Shown here piece after piece: positions 1 through 8,314 of a DNA stretch of 64,000 nt. Location of the stretch: the sequence record OP172791. One strand, given 5' to 3'. Position 1 is the stretch's first letter, and every line of letters begins with the position of its first letter. A model generated the notes under the pieces. The model did not search any database. It had not been told where the DNA came from and worked only from the letters and a program-made list of their open reading frames with translations. The translations under genes were made by a program, and so were the position numbers. This stretch comes from Escherichia phage ECO340P1.

Positions 1-1
1 G

Positions 2-355
2 GTTGATGTAATCTTTGCAGTAGATTCTGTTCCGGCAGTGATCGCAGTAACACAAGAACCTCTGCTTGTATTCTCTTCGATGTTATGTGCAATCTTAGGT
101 CTACGTGCTCTGTTCTTTGTTCTTAGTGTTGCACTGAAGTATCTGGTTCACTTGGAGAAAGCAGTTATTGTGGTTCTGGTGTTTGTAGGTGTTAAACTAA
201 TGTATCACCCGTTTGCAGAAACGTTACATGAAAAAATGAGCTTCCTGCCAGCGCACATTGATCCAACTATTAGTATGTATATTGTCCTGGGCACATTAGC
301 TCTTGGTGTTATTGCAAGCTTTATCTTCCCTGAAAAAGAAGAAGCTACTGTTTAA
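2..355 (+). CDS. terC: TerC-family integral membrane protein, C-terminal fragment (5' end lies outside the window)
   Basis: Frame from nt 2 translates VDVIFAVDSVPAVIAVT...AILGLRALFF, matching the TerC-family DSxPA and AILGLR signatures; hydrophobic throughout; stop at 353-355. Confidence 0.7.
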   Translation, partial: VDVIFAVDSVPAVIAVTQEPLLVFSSMLCAILGLRALFFVLSVALKYLVHLEKAVIVVLVFVGVKLMYHPFAETLHEKMSFLPAHIDPTISMYIVLGTLALGVIASFIFPEKEEATV

Positions 356-361
356 TAAATG

Positions 362-387
362 AGCCTCCTTCGGGAGGCTATTTTATA
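362..387 (+). terminator. Rho-independent terminator after the TerC-like gene
   Basis: Stem AGCCTCC / GGAGGCT with TTCG loop, followed by ATTTTAT. Confidence 0.6.
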
Positions 388-397
388 GGAGAGATTT

Positions 398-748
398 ATG
401 AGTAATTTTGATGAAATTCAAGAACTTGTTTGGGATTTATCTGGTGATGTGGATTACATTTCAGATTATCTTTCAAAAGTTTACCCTGGGGTAAGCGTTA
501 TGATTGTGACCAAAGATCCAATTAATTTGCCTCCTAATGTTGTAGCTTGTTGTGGAAGTGGTTCAGGAGAAGTAGAGCCTGTATCTCGTTGGGAATTAAC
601 TAAAGCTGTTTCAAAACGAAACGGTGAAGTTTTGAATATTGATATTGAGCAAATATGGACTTCTCCAGCAGCCAAATGGAATGATCCAAATGGTTGGGAT
701 TTGTTCTTCTGGGATAATGAGACTGATGATGAGGTGTTTTTAAAATGA
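398..748 (+). CDS. hypothetical protein
   Basis: 116-aa ORF with ATG start directly after the terminator; no recognisable motif. Confidence 0.5.
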   Translation: MSNFDEIQELVWDLSGDVDYISDYLSKVYPGVSVMIVTKDPINLPPNVVACCGSGSGEVEPVSRWELTKAVSKRNGEVLNIDIEQIWTSPAAKWNDPNGWDLFFWDNETDDEVFLK

Positions 749-990
749 AATACTTGTTGGTTGTGTTTGAAAATATCTGTTTTGCAATAGGGTTGTTTGT
801 TGTAATTTTTGTATTGACAAGCGTAATCAACGGCAGTAAAGTGAGTTTATACCGAGATGGAGAGCAACTTTATTGCTTCTCTGGAGATTTCAAACACAGA
901 TGTATTAATAGCCAAAACGAGGAAAGCAAATATGAAAAAACTAGCCCTGATTTTAATTGGTTGTATCTTTTTAACAGCTTGCGAGGATGA
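745..990 (+). CDS. hypothetical small membrane protein
   Basis: 81-aa ORF with hydrophobic N-terminus; overlaps the lipoprotein start at 932 by 59 nt, so uncertain. Confidence 0.3.
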   Translation: MKYLLVVFENICFAIGLFVVIFVLTSVINGSKVSLYRDGEQLYCFSGDFKHRCINSQNEESKYEKTSPDFNWLYLFNSLRG

Positions 991-1369
991 AACAAATCCT
1001 GCACAATACCAACAACCTCCTCAACAATACGCTCAACAAGGATCTGACGGAGATACAACTATTATCAACAATGGTGGCGGTTCTAGTAGTAGCGGTGTTG
1101 GTGAGTTTGCTACAGGTATGTTGTTAGGGCATATGATGAGTGGCGGTAGTAATCGTAGCAGTGGGGATTATAACGATAACAGAACGATTATTAATAAGCA
1201 TTATAATACACCTAAACCGAAAACTAATTTTTATGGTAAGCCTAAACAAGAGATAAAAACTTATGAAAAGCCGAGACAAACTTTTAAAACAAATAGTAGC
1301 TATACAACTCGTAAATCTTACAATAGCCCTTTAAGTAAAAAGAGTTCATCTCGTAGCAAGCGACGTTAA
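932..1369 (+). CDS. lipoprotein (signal peptide with lipobox LTAC)
   Basis: Internal ATG at 932 preceded by AGGAAAG; N-terminus MKKLALILIGCIFLTAC is a classic lipoprotein signal; Q/G/S/N-rich body and basic C-terminus. Confidence 0.6.
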   Translation: MKKLALILIGCIFLTACEDETNPAQYQQPPQQYAQQGSDGDTTIINNGGGSSSSGVGEFATGMLLGHMMSGGSNRSSGDYNDNRTIINKHYNTPKPKTNFYGKPKQEIKTYEKPRQTFKTNSSYTTRKSYNSPLSKKSSSRSKRR

Positions 1370-1383
1370 TAAGGAGAAAAACA

Positions 1384-1977
1384 ATGACAATTTCTATTCG
1401 TACTTCCATTACAGGTGTTAAAAGTTTGCCTAATGCTTTGCAAATCACACGTGCTTTGAGGGATACGTTCTCTGCTGTGGATGAGCATAAGATGCTCGAT
1501 AATCTCTCAAATTGGCCCTATTTTCATTATTTTAAAAATGAAGACGACGAGTTTATAGACGCTGTTTCTTACGGTTATGATTTCGGTAAGGAGGTTTCTC
1601 CTGAAGAATTTGTAGCTATGGTGTTCCCAAACGGTTTGCCTACTCGCAGTAAACGTAAAAAAGGACCAAAAAACAAGAAACGTGCTACTAATAAAGCTAC
1701 CATTTTCTTTACTGATGGCACACAATATACGATTAAAGATTTTGAAGAGGTATCTTATACAGCAGGTGGGAGTCTTTCTTTCTACACCATCAAAAAACAA
1801 AACTATACGTTCAGCCATGTTTCTAACATGATTGAAATGTTAGTAGAAGATATTGAAAGCGTGGCTGTGTTAGGTATGCATAAAAGCTTTTTAATTACAA
1901 ATATTTCAGATTTCAGTGCAAGTTTATCTGGCCCTGATTTTGAAGCCACGACCACGCATTTCGCTTTTAAGGTGTAA
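1384..1977 (+). CDS. hypothetical protein
   Basis: 197-aa ORF with GGAGA RBS; no motif recognised. Confidence 0.5.
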   Translation: MTISIRTSITGVKSLPNALQITRALRDTFSAVDEHKMLDNLSNWPYFHYFKNEDDEFIDAVSYGYDFGKEVSPEEFVAMVFPNGLPTRSKRKKGPKNKKRATNKATIFFTDGTQYTIKDFEEVSYTAGGSLSFYTIKKQNYTFSHVSNMIEMLVEDIESVAVLGMHKSFLITNISDFSASLSGPDFEATTTHFAFKV

Positions 1978-1980
1978 GTT

Positions 1981-2571
1981 ATGCATACCGAGAGAGACTT
2001 GCAACTCTTGTGGTGGGAAGTGATGCAGGAAATAAAAGAAGATTTTCCTGTTTACTACAACATGTTACGTGAAGCAGGATATAAAGCTTGTGTTAGAAAC
2101 AAAGTGAATAACTCTTTCGGTTGGTGCAACTACCGAGATAAAATTGTTGTTGTAAATTGGCACTTGCATAAGAACTCCACAAGAGATATGATCGTGGATA
2201 CAATGAAGCACGAAATTGCTCATGCTATTGATGGTTGTATGGGTAAGTTTAGTAGGCACGGTGCTCATTGGCAAAAACTGGCAGCAGAATTAGGGGCTAA
2301 TCCTAAAGCCACTTCCAAAGAGCCGTTGAACCACGAATATAAATATGTTCTTGTTCTGGTAGATAGGTTTGCGACAAGATGTGTTAGAGGTTATAATCGT
2401 AAACCTAATCGCATGTACCCAGGTAAGCAACCTAATATGTGGTTGAAATCAGATAAAGAAGGGACCGAAGGAAAATTATGGTTGTATAAATGGGACGATT
2501 GGGTTAAAGTAGCTAAAGAGTACGGTGTTTCACCATATATAAGAGATGCAGAAGAGGAGAATGAAGAATGA
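1981..2571 (+). CDS. SprT-like zinc metallopeptidase domain protein
   Basis: HEIAHAIDGCMGKFSRHGAHW: HExxH plus downstream His and Trp, as in the SprT/WLM family. Confidence 0.5.
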   Translation: MHTERDLQLLWWEVMQEIKEDFPVYYNMLREAGYKACVRNKVNNSFGWCNYRDKIVVVNWHLHKNSTRDMIVDTMKHEIAHAIDGCMGKFSRHGAHWQKLAAELGANPKATSKEPLNHEYKYVLVLVDRFATRCVRGYNRKPNRMYPGKQPNMWLKSDKEGTEGKLWLYKWDDWVKVAKEYGVSPYIRDAEEENEE

Positions 2572-3680
2572 CAAGTCCATTTTTAAAAGCAGCTACTGGT
2601 GGTCAGAAGAAGCCTGAAATGAGCGTATTTGCTGCAACAACAGATGCAAGTAAATCTGTATTCGCTCCAAGCGTGTTAGATGCCAGTCCTGTTTATGCAC
2701 CAGCGGCACCGCAAGAAGTTCCAGTTTTGCCTTCTATGACCCGACAAGAGATTGAAGAGATTGGGGCAGAGGCAGGAACAACCTTGCGTTCCTTGAATGC
2801 CGAGGTGTTAAAACATCAACGTAGTAATCAAGGCGATCAGATGAGTGAACGACTCACAGCTTTGATTAAACAGGCAAAACAACTTGATCCAAACTCTATT
2901 AAACAAAGCAAGGGTATTACTAAACTCATTAAAAAAGTTATGGGTATGAAAGAAGACCTGTTCGGGGAGTTTGATAATGTTAATAACCGTATTGAAGAGT
3001 TGGTAAAGAACCTTCAAATGGATATTCGCAAAGAAGAAGATTCCTTGGTATATCTTGAAAAGCTGCATCAAGCTATTGGACAATATGCTGCAAGTTTGAA
3101 CCGAGATATGCAGCTTCTAACAGCAACCTATGAAAAAGAAGAACAAGCTTTGGCTGCTCTTCCAGAAGATGCAGTAGAACAGCGACAAGTGATCCGAGAT
3201 ACTTTGGATCTTCTGGAGATTCGTATTGCAGATTTAAAAGCATTGCGCCTACTGTGTGTCCAAATGGGACCGCGTGTACAAGGTATGCAAAAAGTTTCTG
3301 CAAGCTTAATGCGATCTGCGCGTAACATAGTAAATAATGTTATTCCTGCTTACTCTGCTAACTTCTCAATGTATATCGAGAGCTTACGTCAAATGAAAGC
3401 AGCAGAGACGCAGAATAACGTTCTTGATGAATTTAACCTGGCAATTAAACTGGGTAGCGATCTTGCCACACAGAATCAGATCGAAGCAGCAGCACTGGCT
3501 AACCGTCAAGTGTTGGATATTGAAACTCTGCGTCACGATCAGGAAAACTTGGTTAAGATGCTGGAAGAAACTAACCGCATCAATACGGAAGCCCGTGCTG
3601 CTCGTGTTGATTATATTAATGAAGTTCAATCTCTGGAAGACGGGATGGTAGCTGCTGTGAAACGAGGGCTTGGTAAATGA
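2568..3680 (+). CDS. TelA-like (toxic anion resistance) coiled-coil protein
   Basis: 370 aa, heptad-rich and charged, size and composition typical of the TelA/KlaB family; sits between TerC and TerD-family genes. Confidence 0.4.
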   Translation: MTSPFLKAATGGQKKPEMSVFAATTDASKSVFAPSVLDASPVYAPAAPQEVPVLPSMTRQEIEEIGAEAGTTLRSLNAEVLKHQRSNQGDQMSERLTALIKQAKQLDPNSIKQSKGITKLIKKVMGMKEDLFGEFDNVNNRIEELVKNLQMDIRKEEDSLVYLEKLHQAIGQYAASLNRDMQLLTATYEKEEQALAALPEDAVEQRQVIRDTLDLLEIRIADLKALRLLCVQMGPRVQGMQKVSASLMRSARNIVNNVIPAYSANFSMYIESLRQMKAAETQNNVLDEFNLAIKLGSDLATQNQIEAAALANRQVLDIETLRHDQENLVKMLEETNRINTEARAARVDYINEVQSLEDGMVAAVKRGLGK

Positions 3681-3874
3681 GAATCCGTATCTATATAATT
3701 GATGAAGACATTGGTGTCCGTTATGATGACGAAAAACGATTCGCACCGATGGGAGGCATATATCCCCCAAGTGTTCTAGCAGTTTGTCGTGATTGTTATA
3801 TTTATGAAGGTTGTCGTAACTTCCGTAAATTCGAACTCCTTGCAGATATTGACTTCAATGAGGAGGAGGAGTAA
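3677..3874 (+). CDS. hypothetical protein
   Basis: 65-aa ORF, start overlaps the upstream stop. Confidence 0.35.
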   Translation: MRIRIYIIDEDIGVRYDDEKRFAPMGGIYPPSVLAVCRDCYIYEGCRNFRKFELLADIDFNEEEE

Positions 3875-4047
3875 TGAAAATATTACGAGTGAATATTGAA
3901 ACTGCTTGGTGTGGATGCAATGAGGTTGTTGATATTGAGATTGAAGAGGATATGTCTCAAGAAGATATCGAAGATCTTGCAAAAGAAACATTCCAGGATT
4001 ATTGTAACTACGGGTTCCATATTTTAGAGGAGGGAGAAGATGTTTAA
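3874..4047 (+). CDS. hypothetical small Cys-containing protein (57 aa, below the ORF-track cutoff)
   Basis: ATG at 3874 overlapping the upstream TAA, GGAGGAGGAG RBS, open to TAA at 4045-4047. Confidence 0.3.
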   Translation: MKILRVNIETAWCGCNEVVDIEIEEDMSQEDIEDLAKETFQDYCNYGFHILEEGEDV

Positions 4048-4243
4048 CTACGAGAACGACCCTAACATTATCCAGTTAACTCGACAAGAACTGATCACAA
4101 TCATGGAAGATGCTTTTATCGATGGGTGGAAGACTCAAAACTATGATTGGAGTGGCCCAGAAGACTTTCTGCGTCTTCATAAAGAGTATGACGAGTCCAG
4201 TGAGACGACTATTGCCATTGACGATCTTAAGGCAGGTGTATAA
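4040..4243 (+). CDS. hypothetical protein
   Basis: 67-aa ORF, start overlaps the upstream gene end. Confidence 0.4.
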   Translation: MFNYENDPNIIQLTRQELITIMEDAFIDGWKTQNYDWSGPEDFLRLHKEYDESSETTIAIDDLKAGV

Positions 4244-4812
4244 TGGGTTGCTTTAGTTTTCTGTGTAAGGAGTCGGGCAAAGCTGCCCTCTCCACCTCTT
4301 TCGATGGATCTCCTTGTTATCTCTTTCTACTGAAAGATGGAAAGGTTATCGAAGAGATGCACGGCAATTATGATAGTTATGGGCGTGTCTTCTCCAGTAA
4401 GCAGGATGCTCACGGGAACAGAGAAAGCTTTAAATGGACTATACCTTGGAGCGACGTTTGTGATCTTATGTTCTCTGTAAACCGTGGAGACGGTATTGCT
4501 ATGGTTTTAGCAGAACACTTTACAGGAGAAGCCCCCACAGAACGATCCGAGGATGATCCTAATCAAGGTTGGGGAGACGGAGACGGAGAAGAAGAAGAGG
4601 ATTATTTCTACAGCACCGAAAATAATATTTTCAAACGTGTTGACAACCCTTATCATAAAGTGCATAATGTCCTCACTGAAACAGAAGACGACAAAATGGA
4701 AATTGAAGAAGATGATCCTCTTGTAACACTTCCTATAAGTGAGTTACAAAAGATCACTAAGGAAGCTTACGATTTGGGCTTCAAAATTGGTAGAGGAGGT
4801 ATGCGTGTTTAG
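4243..4812 (+). CDS. hypothetical acidic protein
   Basis: 189-aa ORF with a D/E-rich central region. Confidence 0.5.
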   Translation: MGCFSFLCKESGKAALSTSFDGSPCYLFLLKDGKVIEEMHGNYDSYGRVFSSKQDAHGNRESFKWTIPWSDVCDLMFSVNRGDGIAMVLAEHFTGEAPTERSEDDPNQGWGDGDGEEEEDYFYSTENNIFKRVDNPYHKVHNVLTETEDDKMEIEEDDPLVTLPISELQKITKEAYDLGFKIGRGGMRV

Positions 4813-5083
4813 ATTCAATATTCAAGAAGAAAAAAGTCAAGATTTACCTATTGCTTTCGAAGATCTTGACGTAGGGGCAACATTCATGTATTATGATGCC
4901 TATGAAGACGCAGGGTTGGATACCTACCGTAACTTGGTGTTCATTAAAAATTCCACAAACAGTGCGATTTGTATTAATGGATCACTAGCACAACGAGGCT
5001 ATACTCATTGCATCCCACCAGATACAAATATGGTGGAAGTAGATTTAGAAGTTACCAATATTACACTTAAGAAGGAGAAATAA
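4805..5083 (+). CDS. small conserved protein, paralog of 6105-6374
   Basis: GTG start at 4805 after AGGAGGT; shares LDVGxTFxY...GLD...VxLxVTxITLK with the 6105 ORF. Confidence 0.5.
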   Translation: MFRFNIQEEKSQDLPIAFEDLDVGATFMYYDAYEDAGLDTYRNLVFIKNSTNSAICINGSLAQRGYTHCIPPDTNMVEVDLEVTNITLKKEK

Positions 5084-5084
5084 T

Positions 5085-5879
5085 ATGTCCGAGAAAATCA
5101 GCCTGAAAAAACGTCAAGAAAACCTTGCTTTCTCTCTGAAAAAGAATAAGAACCTGAATGAAGGTAAGATTGTTCTTCGTGTAGCATGTGCTCTAGATAT
5201 TTCTGGTAGTATGCATGGTCTATATTCTAGTGGGGTAGTGAGTGATTTTGTAGGTAAACTGCTTCCTTTTGGTATGCTGTTCGACGATAATCAACAAATT
5301 GATATGTGGGCCTTCAATACGAGTTCCCAAGAGCTTACTCCAGCAACAGCAGACGTTTACGATGACTATGTTGGTAAATGTATGCGTAATGTTCGTATCG
5401 GAGGTGGAACAAATTACGCCCCTGTAATGGCAGATATCTACGATGAGTATTTTGGCACTGTTACCAAATATATTACCACTAAACAAGTGGTACAAGAGGA
5501 GGCTCCAAAGAAAGGCTTCTTTAATCGTCTGCTTGGTAAAACTGAAACAGTGTCTGTAGAGCGTGAAAAAGTTGTAGCTGTATCTGAACCAGGTGCTGAC
5601 GTTACCCCTGGTGTTGTATTCTTCCAGACGGATGGTGAGAATGGTGATCCTAGTGCTGTTCGTCGTCTTATTGAAGAGAATAAGAATAAACCTATTTATT
5701 GGTTCATGGTTGGCGTTGGTAATGAGAAGTTTGGGTTCCTGAAAGAACTGGCAAATGCTTATGATAATGTTGGTTTTATTGGCATTAAAGATTTAGACTT
5801 GACAGATTCAGAGCTTTATGACAAACTCTTATCTGAGGAGTTCGGAGAGTGGGTTGTTAAAGTAGGTGCTAAAAAATGA
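5085..5879 (+). CDS. vWA domain protein (vWA-TerF/TerY-like)
   Basis: TerD-like KISLKK N-terminus followed by a MIDAS motif DISGSM and a vWA-like fold pattern. Confidence 0.6.
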   Translation: MSEKISLKKRQENLAFSLKKNKNLNEGKIVLRVACALDISGSMHGLYSSGVVSDFVGKLLPFGMLFDDNQQIDMWAFNTSSQELTPATADVYDDYVGKCMRNVRIGGGTNYAPVMADIYDEYFGTVTKYITTKQVVQEEAPKKGFFNRLLGKTETVSVEREKVVAVSEPGADVTPGVVFFQTDGENGDPSAVRRLIEENKNKPIYWFMVGVGNEKFGFLKELANAYDNVGFIGIKDLDLTDSELYDKLLSEEFGEWVVKVGAKK

Positions 5880-6124
5880 TCGACGAGCTTGCCTCTCAAG
5901 TCATAGAAAATTATTGGCGCGAGAGAGAAGCTTTCATTATGCGCAGTCTCAAAGAGTATTTCATTGGGACTGTGCGAATGGAAGATATTGTAAGTAGAGT
6001 GGAGATTCATGTATGGCCCGATTATGAAGAATGGGTTGACAAAGAAAATGAAAATGCTATAATTCTTCGTATATACAAACCGGAGATAACATTAGGAGGA
6101 AGAAGTGTTAAACTTCGAAATTGA
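5876..6124 (+). CDS. hypothetical protein
   Basis: 82-aa ORF, translationally coupled to the upstream gene. Confidence 0.4.
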   Translation: MIDELASQVIENYWREREAFIMRSLKEYFIGTVRMEDIVSRVEIHVWPDYEEWVDKENENAIILRIYKPEITLGGRSVKLRN

Positions 6125-6374
6125 TGAGCAAAAAGTAAATAAACGATGCCTTACCATTAAAGATTTGGATGTAGGAGATACTTTCGTCTATGAAAATGCA
6201 TTTGACGAAAATGGTTTAGACCTTAGTGAAATCATTGTTTATTTAAAAGTAGATGATGGGGAAAATGATTATTCTGCTGTAGAACTAAACCATCATGCAC
6301 AATTAGTATCAATCCAAAACACATCTAAGCTTTTGGAAGTAGAATTGACTGTAACTGGTATTACACTTAAATAA
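6105..6374 (+). CDS. small conserved protein, paralog of 4805-5083
   Basis: GTG start after AGGAGGA; same conserved motifs as the 4805 ORF. Confidence 0.5.
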   Translation: MLNFEIDEQKVNKRCLTIKDLDVGDTFVYENAFDENGLDLSEIIVYLKVDDGENDYSAVELNHHAQLVSIQNTSKLLEVELTVTGITLK

Positions 6375-6389
6375 TAGAGGAGACAAAAG

Positions 6390-6992
6390 ATGACTGATAA
6401 AATTTCCCTGAAAAAAGGCTCTAGCGAAAAAATTTCCCTGAAGAAAGTTGCTCCGGCTCTGAAAGAACTGCGCCTGGAATTCTCTTGGAAATCTGATTCT
6501 AAACTGGATCTGGATGTAAGTGCACTGGTTTGTCGTCACAATGCCGCTGGTAATCCTGAAATGCTGTCTGCACGTCATCTGGTTTGCTATGCTAACAAGT
6601 TTGATCCTGAACGTTCTACCTTCGCTGGTGACGATGTTCGTGATGGAACTGGCAGCATGGAGCAGATTGATATTACTCTGGCTAAAATCTCTCCTGATGC
6701 ACAAGAGATTGCCTTTGTTCTGACCATTGATGATGATACAGGTCTGAAACGTTTTGGTCATGCTTCTGAAGGTATGCTTAAAATCTTCGACTCCGAGCGC
6801 AATGTGGAAATTCTGGATTTTGACTTCCTGGCTCCTGAAGTAGCTGGCAACACAATCTGCCACGTGGCTTCCTTGGTTCGTGAAGATGGGGAATGGAAGC
6901 TGAAAGCATATGGTGTAGGTAAAGCTGGTCTGGATATTTGTGATGTGGTGATGGCCTTCGGTGGTAAAAAAGAATGGTATGAATGTCCATAA
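6390..6992 (+). CDS. terD: TerD-family protein (TerD/TerE/TerZ-like)
   Basis: KISLKKG...KISLKK repeat, LDLDVSALV, GDDVRDGTG and EWKLKAYGVGKAG match the TerD-domain signature regions. Confidence 0.8.
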   Translation: MTDKISLKKGSSEKISLKKVAPALKELRLEFSWKSDSKLDLDVSALVCRHNAAGNPEMLSARHLVCYANKFDPERSTFAGDDVRDGTGSMEQIDITLAKISPDAQEIAFVLTIDDDTGLKRFGHASEGMLKIFDSERNVEILDFDFLAPEVAGNTICHVASLVREDGEWKLKAYGVGKAGLDICDVVMAFGGKKEWYECP

Positions 6993-7010
6993 TAATTAAC
7001 AAATGATTTT

Positions 7011-7030
7011 GAGGGGGAGAAATCCCCCTC
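7011..7030 (+). terminator. GC-rich hairpin after the TerD gene
   Basis: Perfect 8-bp stem GAGGGGGA / TCCCCCTC with GAAA loop; weak U-tract. Confidence 0.5.
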
Positions 7031-7059
7031 TTGCAATAAAGCCTCTATCGTGTTATACT
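7031..7059 (+). promoter_or_regulatory. sigma70-like promoter (TTGCAA-N17-TATACT)
   Basis: -35 TTGCAA at 7031-7036, 17-nt spacer, -10 TATACT at 7054-7059, upstream of the 7092 gene. Confidence 0.55.
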
Positions 7060-7091
7060 AGAAATTCGTTAACTTAAAAAGGAGGCAAAAT

Positions 7092-7613
7092 TTGCTGATA
7101 AAAAACTTTGTAACAGTTGCGTTACTATCCTTAACTGCTTTTACATTTACACCTGTTGTGGCGAAAGCCGAAGCTGCAAACGTAAAAACCGCTAAAGTAG
7201 TTCACAAATGTACAAAGCAATATAATGATAAAATTCTATTAGCTTGTGCAATTTACGCAGAAGGTCGCGGTCTGGGTAAAAAAGGAATGAATGCCGTTGG
7301 GAATGTGGTAATCAACAGAAGAAATGATACCTACTTCCCTAACACAGTCAGAGGAGTCTTGTTCCAGAAAGGACAATTCTCATATGCGAAAACTTTTAAC
7401 GTAACAGAGAAAGATAAGTGGCAGGAAGCAAAAGCAATAGCGGAACGTTTACTTTATTTAGAGAAACATTTTCCTGAATTGCGGTCTGTTTTAGATGTTA
7501 CTAAAGGTGCTCTATACTTCAAGAAACGGAATATAAGGACAAACTGGGAACGTGATATGCGTCTTGTTTATCGAGATAAAGTGCATGGTTTCTATCTACC
7601 AAAGGGGAGTTAA
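7092..7613 (+). CDS. secreted cell wall hydrolase (SleB/Hydrolase_2-like), candidate endolysin
   Basis: TTG start after AAGGAGG; N-terminal signal peptide ...VVAKA/EA; motifs AIYAEGRGLG...VGNVVINR...FPNT...QFSY typical of SleB-family hydrolases. Confidence 0.6.
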   Translation: MLIKNFVTVALLSLTAFTFTPVVAKAEAANVKTAKVVHKCTKQYNDKILLACAIYAEGRGLGKKGMNAVGNVVINRRNDTYFPNTVRGVLFQKGQFSYAKTFNVTEKDKWQEAKAIAERLLYLEKHFPELRSVLDVTKGALYFKKRNIRTNWERDMRLVYRDKVHGFYLPKGS

Positions 7614-7614
7614 A

Positions 7615-7899
7615 ATGCAAGAAGATAATACTGTTGTTGTAGCAAGTTACCTGGTTGTCGGTCTTACCGAAGAGGACGTATACTACACCCGTAAGCATTT
7701 GGAAGCATACGCTACTTTGTTTATGGAAGATGAAAAGGATGTAGATAAATATAGCATTGATATGATCAACGACAGTATTTATCCTTGTATGGTTCTTAAA
7801 GTAGATGCTGTGTTGTGGGAGCGTTTTGCAAGGACTCATGATGCTGTAGAATGCTCCGCAGTAATGTCTCAAAACAACATTTTAGGGGAGATTCATTGA
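7615..7899 (+). CDS. hypothetical protein
   Basis: Internal ATG at 7615 with AGGGGAG RBS chosen over the upstream ORF-track start. Confidence 0.4.
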   Translation: MQEDNTVVVASYLVVGLTEEDVYYTRKHLEAYATLFMEDEKDVDKYSIDMINDSIYPCMVLKVDAVLWERFARTHDAVECSAVMSQNNILGEIH

Positions 7900-8129
7900 T
7901 GGGAGAAGTCATTGAAGTCAATTTTCGCACTAAACAGAAAGTGCAAAAATATGTCGTTATTAAAAACATTTGCGTTGTCTGCTTCAATACAGTAATATAC
8001 GACTCACGACGCGGAGAAAACGAAAATGAACCTTACATTGAAATTTCTAAGAACAAAGGTCAATGTATTTGTAAGAACTGTGCAGTAGCTATTAAGGAGG
8101 TTGTAAATGAAAACGCTTGGGACCAATGA
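7899..8129 (+). CDS. small Cys-rich (zinc-ribbon-like) protein
   Basis: ATG at 7899 overlapping the upstream TGA; CVVC...CICKNC cysteine pairs. Confidence 0.4.
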   Translation: MGEVIEVNFRTKQKVQKYVVIKNICVVCFNTVIYDSRRGENENEPYIEISKNKGQCICKNCAVAIKEVVNENAWDQ

Positions 8130-8298
8130 AACTGGCGAAATCTCTCTTCAAGAAGTGACAAACGACAAGCTGATTAAACTACGGGATGTAGCTCGTGACC
8201 ATCTCCAAGAATCTTTTAAAGAATATATGGAAGCACGAGATCGTGTGATCCAGATTCAACAAGAAATGATTAAACGTGGGATTGTAGCTGACAGTTAA
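8107..8298 (+). CDS. hypothetical protein
   Basis: 63-aa ORF. Confidence 0.35.
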   Translation: MKTLGTNETGEISLQEVTNDKLIKLRDVARDHLQESFKEYMEARDRVIQIQQEMIKRGIVADS

Positions 8299-8314
8299 TA
8301 TAACGGAGGGGAGA

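Noticed and set aside
857-1369. Longer 170-aa version of the lipoprotein ORF starting at 857
   Set aside because: The signal peptide must be N-terminal; the internal ATG at 932 with its RBS gives a canonical lipoprotein precursor
6309-6863. 184-aa minus-strand ORF
   Set aside because: Antisense to the TerD gene, in a region where every other gene is on the plus strand
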